Shown here one piece after another: positions 11,830-23,559 of a DNA stretch of 64,000 nt (position 1 is the stretch's first letter; each line of letters opens with the position of its first letter). Source of the DNA: Psammoneis japonica (lineage: Eukaryota). The translations under genes were made by a program, and so were the position numbers. The DNA is taken from positions 124,001 to 188,000 of the forward strand of contig QPGO01000037.1 in the NCBI GenBank assembly GCA_008632985.1, in the 5' to 3' direction. The notes under the pieces are model-generated. The model searched no databases. It saw nothing but the letters and a program-made list of their open reading frames with translations, and had not been told where the DNA came from.

Positions 11830-14800
11830 TCAAAGCGAAGCCCAAAACTCTTCCTTGGAAAGCTCACTCGCTTCAAGCTTGGCCAAGAACTTGGCGTTGG
11901 CTCTCATGTTCTCGACGGTTTGTGCAATCTTTCGTGCACTCTGCGGCAGAGGGTGCTCTGAAAAGAACGCTTCAATCTCGTCAGCCTTGGTGTCGGAACA
12001 AAACGCCCCGGCGCAAGAAACAAAGCAAGCATCCATGAGAGACGGGCTACCCTTGCCAATCATGCCGCTGATCTTTGCAAATTCATCTTGAAAAAACTTC
12101 CAACTGATTTCGCGTCCCTCGCGTGAAGACCGTCCCACGGATCCCATGGCATAGAAGAAATCCTGCAGCTTGACTGCCCCCGACGTTGTCCATTCCAGGG
12201 TTTTCAACTTTAGAGCCGGGTCTTGGCTGGCTCCCAAGGACGCCAAGACGTGTTTGCGTTCTGCATTGTCTGTAGCAGTATCATAGTATGATTTACGTCG
12301 TCATACTCAGCTTCGCCACCATTCTTGAGCACAATCTTGAATACTGGAGTCCTCATATCACTAGGAAGGCTTTGACGTCATTGGCATCTTCACGAAACTT
12401 CGAAAAGCGATTCTTGGCCTCCTCTGCCACGGCGGGATCATCATAGCAAAACTGGCTCAACAGACCTATCATGATACCACGCAACAAGGTCGTCAAGTGA
12501 CCGTCCTTGTCAGACGCCTCCCAACCTACAGATTCCACCAACTGTAAGACAATGCCACGAGCAAACTTGTTGAAGTTCTCACTAATCTTGTCATTGTCCG
12601 ACAACACAGTGTCTAGGCCACTTAGCACACTTGCTAAACCTTCCCACACAATGTAGGAGTCCTCGTTTGAGTAGCTCGATAGTAGCTTTAGAAGAGTCTC
12701 GGGTTGCATGCTTCCAGCCTTGACCAAGGCGTAAGCATCACTCAACAATCCAGCTCGATCGCACGGAGGGAGCTTTTTGGATTTGATACCATCGGCCAAA
12801 CGAGATAGCATGGTGGGCGTAGGCATAACACGCATAGGTACTTCCTGGCCCGCATTGAGCTTTACCCATCCATCCTTGGGAATAGGCACAGTAATGGTGA
12901 CAGTTTTTTCTCGCATGAAAATCATATCGGCTTGAGCACCCTCCTCGGTACAAGTAAGAATGGGAATAGTCCACTTCTTTTTTGCCTCTTCCTCGGACAG
13001 TTCAGTGCCATCACTCAAGAACCACGACTGCTCTAATTCCAACGTGACCTTTGCGTCCGACCAATCCTCGGATACGACACACACCACGGGAAATCCCATT
13101 TGCTCGGTCCAACTAGCCATCATTTCGCGAATTGGCATGCCACTGGTTTCTTCCCAAGCCGTCCACAAGTCATAGGTTTCAGTATTACCATACGCGTGGC
13201 GCTTCATGTAGGTAGCCAAGCCACTCTGGAAGTTCTTAATGCCCAAGACTGCATGAATCATGCGCACAACACTACCTCCCTTGCAGTAGCTAATGGCATC
13301 AAAGACTTCTTCCACTTCGATCGCATTCTTGATCGGAACCTGAATGGGATGGCTACTCTTGAGCGAGTCCAAGCGCAATGCGGCAGACAAGTGCCCTGTA
13401 GTAAATTGATCCCACATGCTCCACTCGGGATAAATCTTGTCGGCGGCCCAATTTTCTGACCAACTCGCAAATCCCTCATTTAGCCAAAGATCATCCCACC
13501 AAGCCATTGTGACTAGATTGCCAAACCACTGAAATGGATGTCAGTAAACTCCATTCGTGGAGACGTCTTACGAGACGTTACGTAGCATACGAAACAACGC
13601 ACACTATTCGACGTACCTGATGAGCTAATTCATGCGTAACAACGGTACAGACTCGCTGTTTCTGACTGCTCGATGCCGTTTTGGGGTCAATCAAGAGATC
13701 CACTTCACGATATGTGACCAATCCCCAATTTTCCATGGCGCCCATCGCAAACTCGGGAATCGCCACCATGTCGAGTTTGGGGAGCGGGTACTGAATTCCA
13801 AAGAAATCATTGTACAAATCTAACGACTTGACGGCACAATCCAACGCAAACAGACCGGACTCCGTCTTGCCCGGTGGCGTGTACACCTTGATTAACACGC
13901 CGTGTTGGGTTTGGGCTTGAACAAAATCAAACTCTCCTACACAAAACGCCAAGAGATAGGTTGACATTTTGGGTGAATCCATAAAGACAACCTCCTTTTT
14001 CTTGCCACCCTCCAAGGTCACGTGATGACTCTCGGGCATGTTGGAAAAACACACCAAGTGCGTGGGGATTACCAACGTGACACCAAAGACGGCCTTGCGC
14101 GAGGGTTCGTCCCAACAGGGAAAGGCTCGGCGGGCATCGAGCGATTCAAACTGTGTGCTGGCCATGATTTTGGTTTCACCGTGAATATTGGTATAGGACG
14201 AGCGGTAGAAACCAGCCATTTGGTTGTTTAGAAAACCATTGTACATGATCATCAACGACATGGAGGAGTCTGCTGGAATGGCTTCCGGAAAGCAGAAAGT
14301 TACAGTCTCCTTGGCCCTATGAGTGTTGACTCGAATCTATGAATAACAACATTAGGTCAGTAACTGCGTTAGGCTTTCATAGTATGCATTGCAAACCTCT
14401 CTTTACGAATACTCACTTCTTCCGAGTCCATGCTGGATCCTCCATCAATCGTTAGTTTCGCAGATGCAAAGCAGAGCTCTTTGGCGTGCATAACAATTTC
14501 TTTGTGGTCCGCGGCAAGGTCCTTGCTCGAAGTGAGTTCAATCGTTACTTCGCCCGTAAAGGTAAAAGCATCCAAATCAGGTGTAATCTTGACATGATAC
14601 CTGGAAATCGCACAGAAAAAGCGTTTGTGTGAGCAACTTTTTGAAAAAAATTGTGAGCAAAAAATGACAGGGGTCGTCGCATAAGAACCCGGAAACTTGT
14701 CAATCAAGACCGCGTCTTCGTTCACACAGTACAGCACTTTGTTCTTCGATTTTTCTAGCTAGAACTGAAACAACTTTTTCTCAGATTCAAAACGACTTGC

Positions 14801-14865
14801 CTTGTCGGTAGAATGGTGGAAGGGAGAAGGACCCTTCCTTTTTGCTTTTCGTCGACAGCCGTCAT
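11830..14865 (-). CDS. Puromycin-sensitive aminopeptidase (peptidase M1), multi-exon
   Basis: GAMENWGL, VVTHELAHQ/WFGNLVTM, WLNEGFA and ERAP1-like C-terminus. Introns near 14601-14800, 14338-14415 and 13531-13617; one apparent frameshift near 12360. Confidence 0.95.
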
Positions 14866-15121
14866 GGCGGGAGTTCAAGTGACTCGTCCCGACGAGAAAG
14901 GAAGGCGGACGACGACTTTGGAAGTACGGGAAAGATCTTCAGTACTGATTTACGTAGAACCTACGGCGACGACACCTCTCGCGCGTAGTCGCGCGTTCAG
15001 TTCCCCCTGACCGCTCGCGTCGTTGAAAAAATTGAAGCCAGACGGCACAAAAAATGAGCACAACTACTTTTACTTTAGACGACTGGAGAGAGTTAAAGAC
15101 ACGTCAATACCTTGCGAAACA

Positions 15122-17096
15122 ATGAGCGACGATACTGCCATGGAGGAAGAATCCAATCACTGGTCAGAGTCATTGGAAAAAATTCAGGAATTTCTAAACA
15201 GCGACGACGATGAATCTCTGGAAAGTGCGATAACACTTGCGCAAGAAGCACTGAAGCGAAGCGATGATATTCCAATTGACGTTCAAACCACTCTCTACAA
15301 GATCTGGATTCAATGCAAACTCCATCTAAATCAACATGACGATGTTGGTCAAGAACGCCCCGTCGTCTATACCGCGACAATCCCTGCAGCCTCTGGTTGC
15401 TTATGCTTTGTATCGACAGGGCAAGTATGCGGAAGCCTACACCAAGGCGTCGACCAATCAGGATGAATCCAGTAGACACGTGCAAGCACAGTCACTCTTT
15501 CGTCTGTATCAAACAAACGAGGCGGTAGATTTGTATGAAGAACTTGTAGAGAATGACGACTCGAGCAGTAGTGAAGTTCTGACCAACGCTGTGGCTGTCA
15601 AGCTTGCAAACGCAACTCCCTATGTCGGGGGAAGTCCTCTAGCAGAGTCTATTGAACAAAAGATTCAAGAATTATTGTCAAATCAAAAGGGAGATGAGGA
15701 CTATCCTTATGACTTAGCTTATAATTTGGCCACGTGGCAGGTCCTATCGGGCAATGCACAGGGATATTCCCTCCTGCAACAAGCCCGTGATGGTTGCATG
15801 ACTACACTGGATGGAGAGGACGAGGACGTTGTAGAAAAGGAGGTTGCACCGTTAAACGCCAATTTGGATTGGTGTCGTCTCCTACAGGGTGGCAGCATGA
15901 CGGCCACCAAGATCAAGGGAGCCGCACCGGCGGTTCAAGCCGTGGTCCAAGCCAACGCCTTCAAAGGCACGCCCAAGGAACCACAAGAGCACTGGACCGC
16001 CTTGCAGCGTCGCATCTTTTTCTACAATCGAGCTCTTTTACAGTATCGTGCGGGAAAAGTCAAGGAATGTCGTTCCATTCTCGATGCACTCGTCAAGGAG
16101 CTTTTGCAAGAGCCGGGCAAAAAGAAAAAGAGTTCTCCGACGTTTGCATCCGCGTCGGCAGACGACATTGCTTGGTGGAAAGCACGTGTCAGTGTTGTGC
16201 GAGCGCATTGTCTAGTGGCGGAATCCAAAAAGGAAGAAGCCTGTACACTCTTGCAGAATCAATTGCAAGAATTGAAATCGCTCGGCAGCAGCAACGTGGT
16301 GGATCACGCAGTCGCTCATGTAGCCTTGCACCTGAACGAATTGTCCAGCGAGTCTAGTGCGCAAGAATTGTTGCAAAGCTTGCCAGAGTCGATTGGCTCT
16401 CAAAAGGCCGTGATTGCCACTCTGGCCTCCTTGTATCACGAGGCGGGAGAATCGTCCAAGGCCACAGCCTTGTTGCAAGAGTGCGGTACCGATGCCAATC
16501 AAGCCCTTGCCGACTTTTACATGTCGCAGCATGATTACAAACATGCCGCCAAGCTTTACGAAGAGCTCGATAGTGACGACAGTGCCATTACGGCAAAGTT
16601 GGTGCAAGCCGTGTCCTATGTAGACCCACAGCGGGCTTGTGACATTTGGAGCGAGGCTGGCATTGAGGAAGAAGAGTACGACCTGGATGCGGACGCTCTC
16701 GAAGCCATGGAACCACCACGTTTCAAAACGTCTCGTGCGGCCAAACCCATTTCAGTGGCTGCGGTTTCTCGTGGCAAGGAGCGACAAAAGAAGAGTCATG
16801 ATGCAGTCTTGAGGCAACGTGCCAAGAAACGTGACGCATACTTGGCCAGCAAGGGATTGACTGGCACAACAACAACACCGGATCCAGAAAGGTGGTTGCC
16901 CAAACACGAACGGTCTCGTGGCGGAAGACGTCGAAGACGAGGCCAACAACAACAGTCGCAGGGTGGTGTATCAGAACGGGATGCTGCCAAGTTGGATGTT
17001 GCTGCGCGAAAGAAGGGCGATGCTGCGCCAAATGTCAAGAGCACGGCACACATTACGGTAGCGTCTGATTCCAAACGAGGAGGAAGGCGTCGTTAG
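15122..17096 (+). CDS. SRP72: Signal recognition particle subunit SRP72
   Basis: TPR-like N-terminus (AYALYRQ, HVQAQSLFRL, YDLAYNLA) and C-terminal PDPERWLPKHERS RNA-binding motif. One frameshift near 15335. Confidence 0.92.
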
Positions 17097-17309
17097 AAGG
17101 CGTTAGTGATCTAAACATGGAAGGTTGTCTTTGCCCTTTCTTTCAATTGTAGCCTAGCCGTCCGTCAAAGCTATCCTATTGTTGTATAATACAGAGACAA
17201 CGTATGTACCGTAAGTTTCTAGGTTACCGTCGCCGCTAGAAGTTTCAAATTTTTTCTGTTGTTCTTCTGCAGATACTTGTCCATGCTTCTGTCACTTGGT
17301 CCAAAAAAC

Positions 17310-18524
17310 CTACATCCCCATGCCTCGGTGCAAGTTTGCAAACAAACTTTCCATTCCAGTGCCTCCCACGCCGGCATACTCGTCTTCTTCTTCACCCTGC
17401 CACTCGATTCGATCATGGCTAGATAGCACCGACACAAACCGTGGCGACAAGCACGAGTTTGTCGTTTCCACGACGAATGTAGACTTGACAAAGCCGTTAG
17501 CCAAGTCCTTGGCCAACACGGGGTGGTCATCTAGAATCTGAATCGAATCCAACGAGTAGCAACCCTGCAAACGAAGATACTCTAGACGAGGTGCCCAGAG
17601 AAACACCTGTTGAAGACAGTCAGAGCGATGCAAATGGATTTCTGTAAGGTCATTGCTTGCAAAGTAAATGGCATCCACGCCGAGCTTGTAGCTCCGAAAG
17701 GTCTGCAACTTTTTAGTTTTCACAAGCATTTCGTCGACCCAGAAGCAGTCTCCGTGATAATATCTCATGTCAAAATTCAACAGCGATGGACACGTGACTT
17801 GCATGTCACATTCATCTGGAATGTTTTGCATCTCGAGGTCTTGCAAGTTTGGAGTCAGCTCGGGGGTAAGTGCCACCTTTTGAAAGCAAACGTCGCTAAG
17901 AATGAGTTGCTCCAACTTTGGTAAGCAAACGTTAAGCGTAGGCTTGATCGTGTCGTCATAGCATCCACCGGTACTCTTGATGGTAAGGACTCGCACTTCC
18001 GTGTTGGCCAGCGCGTCGATTTTCTCCTGAACGTCGGACGTTGCCGAAATGGCAACAATGTCTGTGGCGATGCGCCTCTGGTCGCTCGAGGGCAGCCGCT
18101 TGACTGTATGGCTTCCTTGAAAACACCACTGGCTACCCGGAGGGTCGTATGTCCAAGGCAACTCGTTGCCCGAGTTCTCCATGAAGCTCATGGGCGCTCG
18201 CTTGGAAAAGCCCGTGTTGCAGGCTTCGCAAAAGTACGAATGCGTTGCTCCTTCGGGTCCAAACATGGAGCCACACTCTTGCAAAAGATGCTCTGGATGC
18301 TCCACCTTACACGTGCCACCCGCAACAATTGTTTCTAGGCAACGGGTACACGTCGAATTGGGCGCAATGCAATGCTTCTTGTGCGTGCTCCAATGCGATT
18401 TCTGACATTTTGCGTCGCAGTAGTGCACGGCGAGACAGCGGGAGCAACGTCTCGCTTCGTCATTTCTTTTGCCACACGAGGCACACAACTTGAGATCTTC
18501 ATTCGCTGAAGAAGAATCGGACAT
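17310..18524 (-). CDS. MYND zinc finger protein with LRR-like C-terminal region
   Basis: CASC...RCSRCLAVHYCDAKCQKSHWSTHKKHC followed by LRR-like repeats (LPKLEQLIL, TPNLQDLEM, APRLEYLRLQGC); 404-aa ORF. Confidence 0.85.
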   Translation of the reverse strand: MSDSSSANEDLKLCASCGKRNDEARRCSRCLAVHYCDAKCQKSHWSTHKKHCIAPNSTCTRCLETIVAGGTCKVEHPEHLLQECGSMFGPEGATHSYFCEACNTGFSKRAPMSFMENSGNELPWTYDPPGSQWCFQGSHTVKRLPSSDQRRIATDIVAISATSDVQEKIDALANTEVRVLTIKSTGGCYDDTIKPTLNVCLPKLEQLILSDVCFQKVALTPELTPNLQDLEMQNIPDECDMQVTCPSLLNFDMRYYHGDCFWVDEMLVKTKKLQTFRSYKLGVDAIYFASNDLTEIHLHRSDCLQQVFLWAPRLEYLRLQGCYSLDSIQILDDHPVLAKDLANGFVKSTFVVETTNSCLSPRFVSVLSSHDRIEWQGEEEDEYAGVGGTGMESLFANLHRGMGM

Positions 18525-18789
18525 GTTTGCCGCAGCACTTTGCTTTCCAGCAACGACGTGTCAATGAAACGCACAAGAGGGTTTGCTAGAAAGTAAGAGA
18601 AGGTTTGGAAGATGTTCTCAAGATCCAAGATTGTGCTGATGATTCCACAGAAGATCGCGAGTTCCAGATTTGCGAAGCTCTTTACCTCGTACAAATAATA
18701 ACGTACAGTTAGTAGGAACTCCTACTGTACCGTAGCGAACGCGCAGCGCCCTGGTACAAAACGTCTGCCCTCCACCCTAATCCCGTAAA

Positions 18790-20520
18790 GGGACATCTCA
18801 CCAAGAGGAGGTTTGCTTCATGCTTTTGAACTTCATTCAGCGCCACGGCCACTCACCACCAATCCAAAACACGATGGGTCCATCTCTTTCAACTGGTGGA
18901 AAGGGATTGACAGAAGAGACAAGAAAGGTCTCTTTCAGGCAGAGCCGTCACTCTCTTGACGTTGATGATGTGAAATGCGCGACAAGAGCTCGGGAAAGTG
19001 TCGGCTCGAGTCCACACCACAGGAGGATCAAAATCAAAGAGAGGTCAAAAAGATGACAAAACAAAAAATGAGCCAAGCCTGTCTTAGAGAGATGTGATGA
19101 AACTGTGAAAAGACTCTCCGGCTTTGTCCGAACAGCTCCCACAGAAAGGAGCGATCTTTTTGCCACCAATCTTTTCCAAATCAGACATTGCCAGCACAAC
19201 CACAGGGCAGGTGCACTGTGCCACATGGACCATCAGAATTGCAAGCACATTTGAAAAGCAGTGGCTGATTTCACTGCAGCAGCAAAAAGAGAGGAAATGG
19301 CAGAACCCCAACACCACCGCGAGAGGCACAGACAAGACGATGTGCCACAGGAGTGTGCGAGCAAATGTCGACAGCACCGACAAGCAGCCGCCCAAGGTGG
19401 CATTTGGCAGTGTTCAGGACAGGCCCAACCCCTCCATTGCTTTCTGTCACTTCTTGCTCAACAGCATCCAGCAACGTTGGAGTGCACAAAGCCCCAGCCA
19501 GCAGAATGGACACCAAAAAGAGAAAAAAGAAAAAAAGAGAGTTGTTGGCTGTGCTTGCCAATGCAGTTGCCCACCCAAGGACAGAGACTGCAAGAAAAAG
19601 AAAAAAACAACTGAGTGAAATGCACGAAGATGTCGTCATTTGCAAAAGCAAGAGAGCCCAACAACAAGGTGTTTGTGCTGCTGACCAAATTTAGAAACAC
19701 AGACATTGCATTTGCTGCAGTGCTTGGATCTTGCTTGGCAGTCTGCAAATTTGCACCACGTTGAACAATGTCAGCATCCCAGTGGCCTGCCCACATGGGT
19801 GTTTCATCATTTGGAAGAGGTGGTTCAGTGGAGGACAACATGGGCGGCACTCCTGTGATTTCTGGATCCATGGCAGCACTTGCCTTCCCCACAATGACAA
19901 TGTGGCAAGGATGCTCAACACAATGCTCCACTGCAGAGTGTCAAAGACACCAAATGGAAGTCACTGTGTCCTGTCTCTTTTCCAAGAACTGACTTTTTCT
20001 TGTGGATGACTGGCGGGCCATGCACAATGATGACGACAACCTGGCCCACACTGCTGCTGACCTCACACCATGTCTTTTTTCATGATTTTCAAAGTGTTGA
20101 GAGGAAGTGTCTGAGTTCCTGAACATCTCTGTGGTGGCCTTGTGTGTTGTTGAGCTGCTTGGTGGGGAAAGATGCTCCATCTCTGGCGGATGAAGCTGCT
20201 CTCCCGTGCACTGCAACAGATCAAGAGGGACCTGGATCCGGCCACGTTTGCACTCTCCACCATCAAGGAAGGTTCCCAAATGCTGATCAAGAAAGCAGTT
20301 GTCAATTGTAAATGCAGAATTGCTTTGGGCAGAAGCTGTCCAGACATGCCCCCCATGGCAAAGGCAGGGAGCGAGGCATCTCGACAGCAAACAGCAAACT
20401 GTGCAAAAAATGAAAAACTGCCAAAAACCAACAAAAACTTGCCAAAAAGAGAAAAAAAGCAAGCGCCAACAAGCGCTGGCGCTCTCCGCTGACTGATGCT
20501 GTCTTCGTCTCTCTGCTGCC
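18790..20520. other. CpG/TpA-depleted hypermutated domain (unclassified repeat remnant)
   Basis: TpA nearly absent; CpG partly retained at the left edge and scarce centrally; no credible ORF. Confidence 0.8.
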
Positions 20521-20982
20521 AACGCGACAATGATGCCGTCATTTATCGTCGGTTCTCGGTAAAGAATCGTCTCTTTTTTGTATTCAGCGCGTTCAATTCT
20601 TTCCAGGGTGGCAGTCATTTTGAGATTTTGTTTCGTTCTGAAAACAAGTGCGTGCTTTTTGGGTCGTAATAGGCCTGCGGTGTTGGACGAACGAATGTGA
20701 TTAGGAGTCCACATTATTTGTGCAGAGCAAAGGGAGGAAGACATGGTATGGGATAAACGCTCACTAGTTCCGAAACTAGTCGTCTGCCAGAGATCTTCGT
20801 CTGCACAAGCACAGGTCTAGGCCTGTTACAAGTACAGTACGAAAATTCTATAACAAACCAACTGATCCTGGTGAACTGAAGAGGAGAACATTCTCCCCAG
20901 TGATTGGGTTTGATATTATTGTTAAAGAACCTACAATTCATAATGTGGATATACAACATGCTACCATATGCAGACAGGGACA

Positions 20983-23136
20983 TTAAGACGCTTCGTCGAC
21001 AAGGGTAAGATTCGAAGGCCTGAGACTAAGCTGTTTGTTGCCTGGTCCAACTTGTGGCTTGACAACGATGCGGCCCTTTGTCTCGTCCCGACGGACGACA
21101 GTGGCGTTCGTTCCATTGTAATTCGTTGTGGATGATAGTCCTCTGATCCTTACAGTGTCACCGACCTTAAACACAGCTTCCAAGTTGGCAATCTTGATAA
21201 CTTTTTGGTCGTCATTTGAAAGCTCGACGATACGCTTGCCAGAGTCGTCATGGATACCAACTACTGTGCCAACGCGTCCATTCAGCGCAGTGTGAGTGAC
21301 GAGGCCGGTGATGCGTACCCTGGATCCAACATTGAAGTTGGTCGGCGGAGTGCCCGTAGTAGTGTCACGCGCTCGGTCACTACGAGCCTCGAGCTCAACA
21401 GGGATCGAGTCCGGACGGTCGAGACGCCAGAGCTTGTGGGAGCGGCTATGCGATCCTGCGTCATGGCAGTGCTGGCACATGTCGTAGTCAGCACACTGCA
21501 TGCACTTGTAGCGCGGTCCCTGGATCGTGTTCTTGCAGACGTCGCATATGCAAGTTTCATGCTTATTGCCTGCGTTGACTGTCTCGAGCTCAGAGAGCAG
21601 CCCTTTCCAACTCTGCTGCTCAGGGAACTGGACTTCGACGACGGCGCCGTCGTAGCGGGACGATACAACCAAACCAACGGAGGAGCGCGTGATTCCGCAC
21701 CAGCCATATTTGGGCACAGTAACGCCCCTGCGGACTTTGACCTTCTTTCCAGGGCGGACCAATGTGGCCTCAGGATCGACTTCGAGGTCGTTAGCTCGGC
21801 CCACCCAGCCATCACGGGAGGGGAAGTCGCAAATGTAGGAGTTACTTTCCGCCTGATAGCAGCGAACATAGCCCACCTCGCCTCTTTCCAAGCCCCCCCA
21901 CCGTGTGCTTGGTTCACGAACGGTCGATGGAACCCGAACAGCCATGCCTAGTTGCAGTCTTCCTGGCCAGTGGCCCCGGAACCGTCCAGAAAATGCTCCG
22001 TTATCGACAACTTCTAGCTCCTGAAGTTGCACGTTGTAGAGCTGTTCTGTGGCGCGTGCGTTTGGATGATGACCGAGCTGAAGCTGCACCCTACCGTCAT
22101 GGTCGACAGCAACCACAAGACCATGATGGTACTTGACGTAGCTTCCCCAACGATATCGTGGCTGGGTGACTGCTCTTTTGATAGCGACAAGAGCACCTGG
22201 ACGAACACGTTCTGCGGCAAGGTCGACATTGATGTCGCTCGGAGATCCACGCCAGTTGTCCTGGCTTGGAAAGTTGACAATGTAGTCGCCGTTCGAGTCT
22301 TGTCCCTTCAGAACACCAACATCGCCAATGGAAACTGTACTAACACTGTTGCGTCCATGTCCAATGCAACGAACGTGGAGACCGGTCGGTGAGGCGCCGC
22401 TCGGCGCAGCGCTAGCACCACCCGAAACTGGCACTCGAATTTCGGCGCGCTCTCGTGACATCCGAAGAATAACCTCGGTGAAGGCATCCGTGACCTGCTG
22501 AAGGTTTCTTGCATCGACGAACCGAGTCATAGATCCTCCAGCTGCCGACATTTCTTCCATCTTGTTTCGAGCGCTTCGGCCAAGGTTGACGCCGATCAAA
22601 GCGATGTTGATACCGAGCGACGGCACTTGACTGAGGGCACGAAAGACTTCTTTGACGTCGTTGAGAGTAGACGAAGACCTGTTGTCATCGCCATCGGTTA
22701 GAACAGTCAGCCAGAATGTCCCGAAGTCTTCATTGATGGCAGCTCCAGTCAAACGGGCTGTTGCTGTGATGTCGAGAACAATCTTAGCGGCTGCCAGGAT
22801 AGTGTCGTACATCTTGGTGGCTCCATTTGTTGTGATAGCCATGATTCTTGTCTTGATGGCCCGCCTGTTGGTTGCATTGAGGGCGGTGAGGCCGCCAAGA
22901 ACGTCTTGGATGTCTTCGCCAAAGGCAAGGACGGAGACGTGATCACCGTTCTCAAGTTCATCAATGATGGAACAGGCACCTTCACAAGCAACCTGGAGAC
23001 ATGTCTTCCTGACGCCACGAACAGGGTATTTACATTTCATGGAGTGGGACTTGTCGATCACCAGGAAATGTGTGACGTGACGGCGACTTGCGCTGATCGC
23101 GAGACTCTCAATGTCGAGACCGATGATGCCGCTCAT
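20983..23136 (-). CDS. vWA domain + MIB/HERC2-like SH3 repeats + ZZ zinc finger + two C-terminal SH3/KOW-like repeats
   Basis: MIDAS DKSHS, T and LTDGDDN motifs; repeats VRV..V..P..WG...G.V; CDVC...GPRYKCMQCADYDMCQHC...H; VGSRVRITGL and VGDTVRIRGL repeats. Intronless 717-aa ORF. Confidence 0.85.
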   Translation of the reverse strand: MSGIIGLDIESLAISASRRHVTHFLVIDKSHSMKCKYPVRGVRKTCLQVACEGACSIIDELENGDHVSVLAFGEDIQDVLGGLTALNATNRRAIKTRIMAITTNGATKMYDTILAAAKIVLDITATARLTGAAINEDFGTFWLTVLTDGDDNRSSSTLNDVKEVFRALSQVPSLGINIALIGVNLGRSARNKMEEMSAAGGSMTRFVDARNLQQVTDAFTEVILRMSRERAEIRVPVSGGASAAPSGASPTGLHVRCIGHGRNSVSTVSIGDVGVLKGQDSNGDYIVNFPSQDNWRGSPSDINVDLAAERVRPGALVAIKRAVTQPRYRWGSYVKYHHGLVVAVDHDGRVQLQLGHHPNARATEQLYNVQLQELEVVDNGAFSGRFRGHWPGRLQLGMAVRVPSTVREPSTRWGGLERGEVGYVRCYQAESNSYICDFPSRDGWVGRANDLEVDPEATLVRPGKKVKVRRGVTVPKYGWCGITRSSVGLVVSSRYDGAVVEVQFPEQQSWKGLLSELETVNAGNKHETCICDVCKNTIQGPRYKCMQCADYDMCQHCHDAGSHSRSHKLWRLDRPDSIPVELEARSDRARDTTTGTPPTNFNVGSRVRITGLVTHTALNGRVGTVVGIHDDSGKRIVELSNDDQKVIKIANLEAVFKVGDTVRIRGLSSTTNYNGTNATVVRRDETKGRIVVKPQVGPGNKQLSLRPSNLTLVDEAS

Positions 23137-23559
23137 TGTTCTTGAGGATATTTTAAAGGTTGTTTTAGGGTAAGTAAGAGGTGAAAGGTTGTTGGATCAA
23201 CACTTTTCGGAATTGTGACAGCCATTCTGTTGCCAAATTCAGGCTTGACGCAATCCTGGTGAGTCGTTCTTTATTGGGGGCGAGCCACGTTTGGTTTCAT
23301 TCGCGGATAGATGGGGCGGAAGGGTCGTGCATAACAAAGCCCAAGACATATGTATGTCTCGATGTATGACTCGGTCATTTTTTTGTCCATTCTGCTGTGT
23401 CGCGTGCAGGCACGCACACAAGCATCGCTCATCATTGACCAACATCGACAGAAAAAAAGGTCGTACTGTGTAGACAAAAACATTAAAAAAATGTCAAAGG
23501 GTGTTAGATTCAGCGAGGCGAAGGTTCGCCGAACGGTTTTGCCACTCGTGGTTCCAACA

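Noticed and set aside
21250..22392. Antisense and alternative-frame ORFs overlapping real genes (also at 16212, 35010, 39383, 50516 and 57333)
   Set aside because: They are shadows of coding sequence with no independent motifs.
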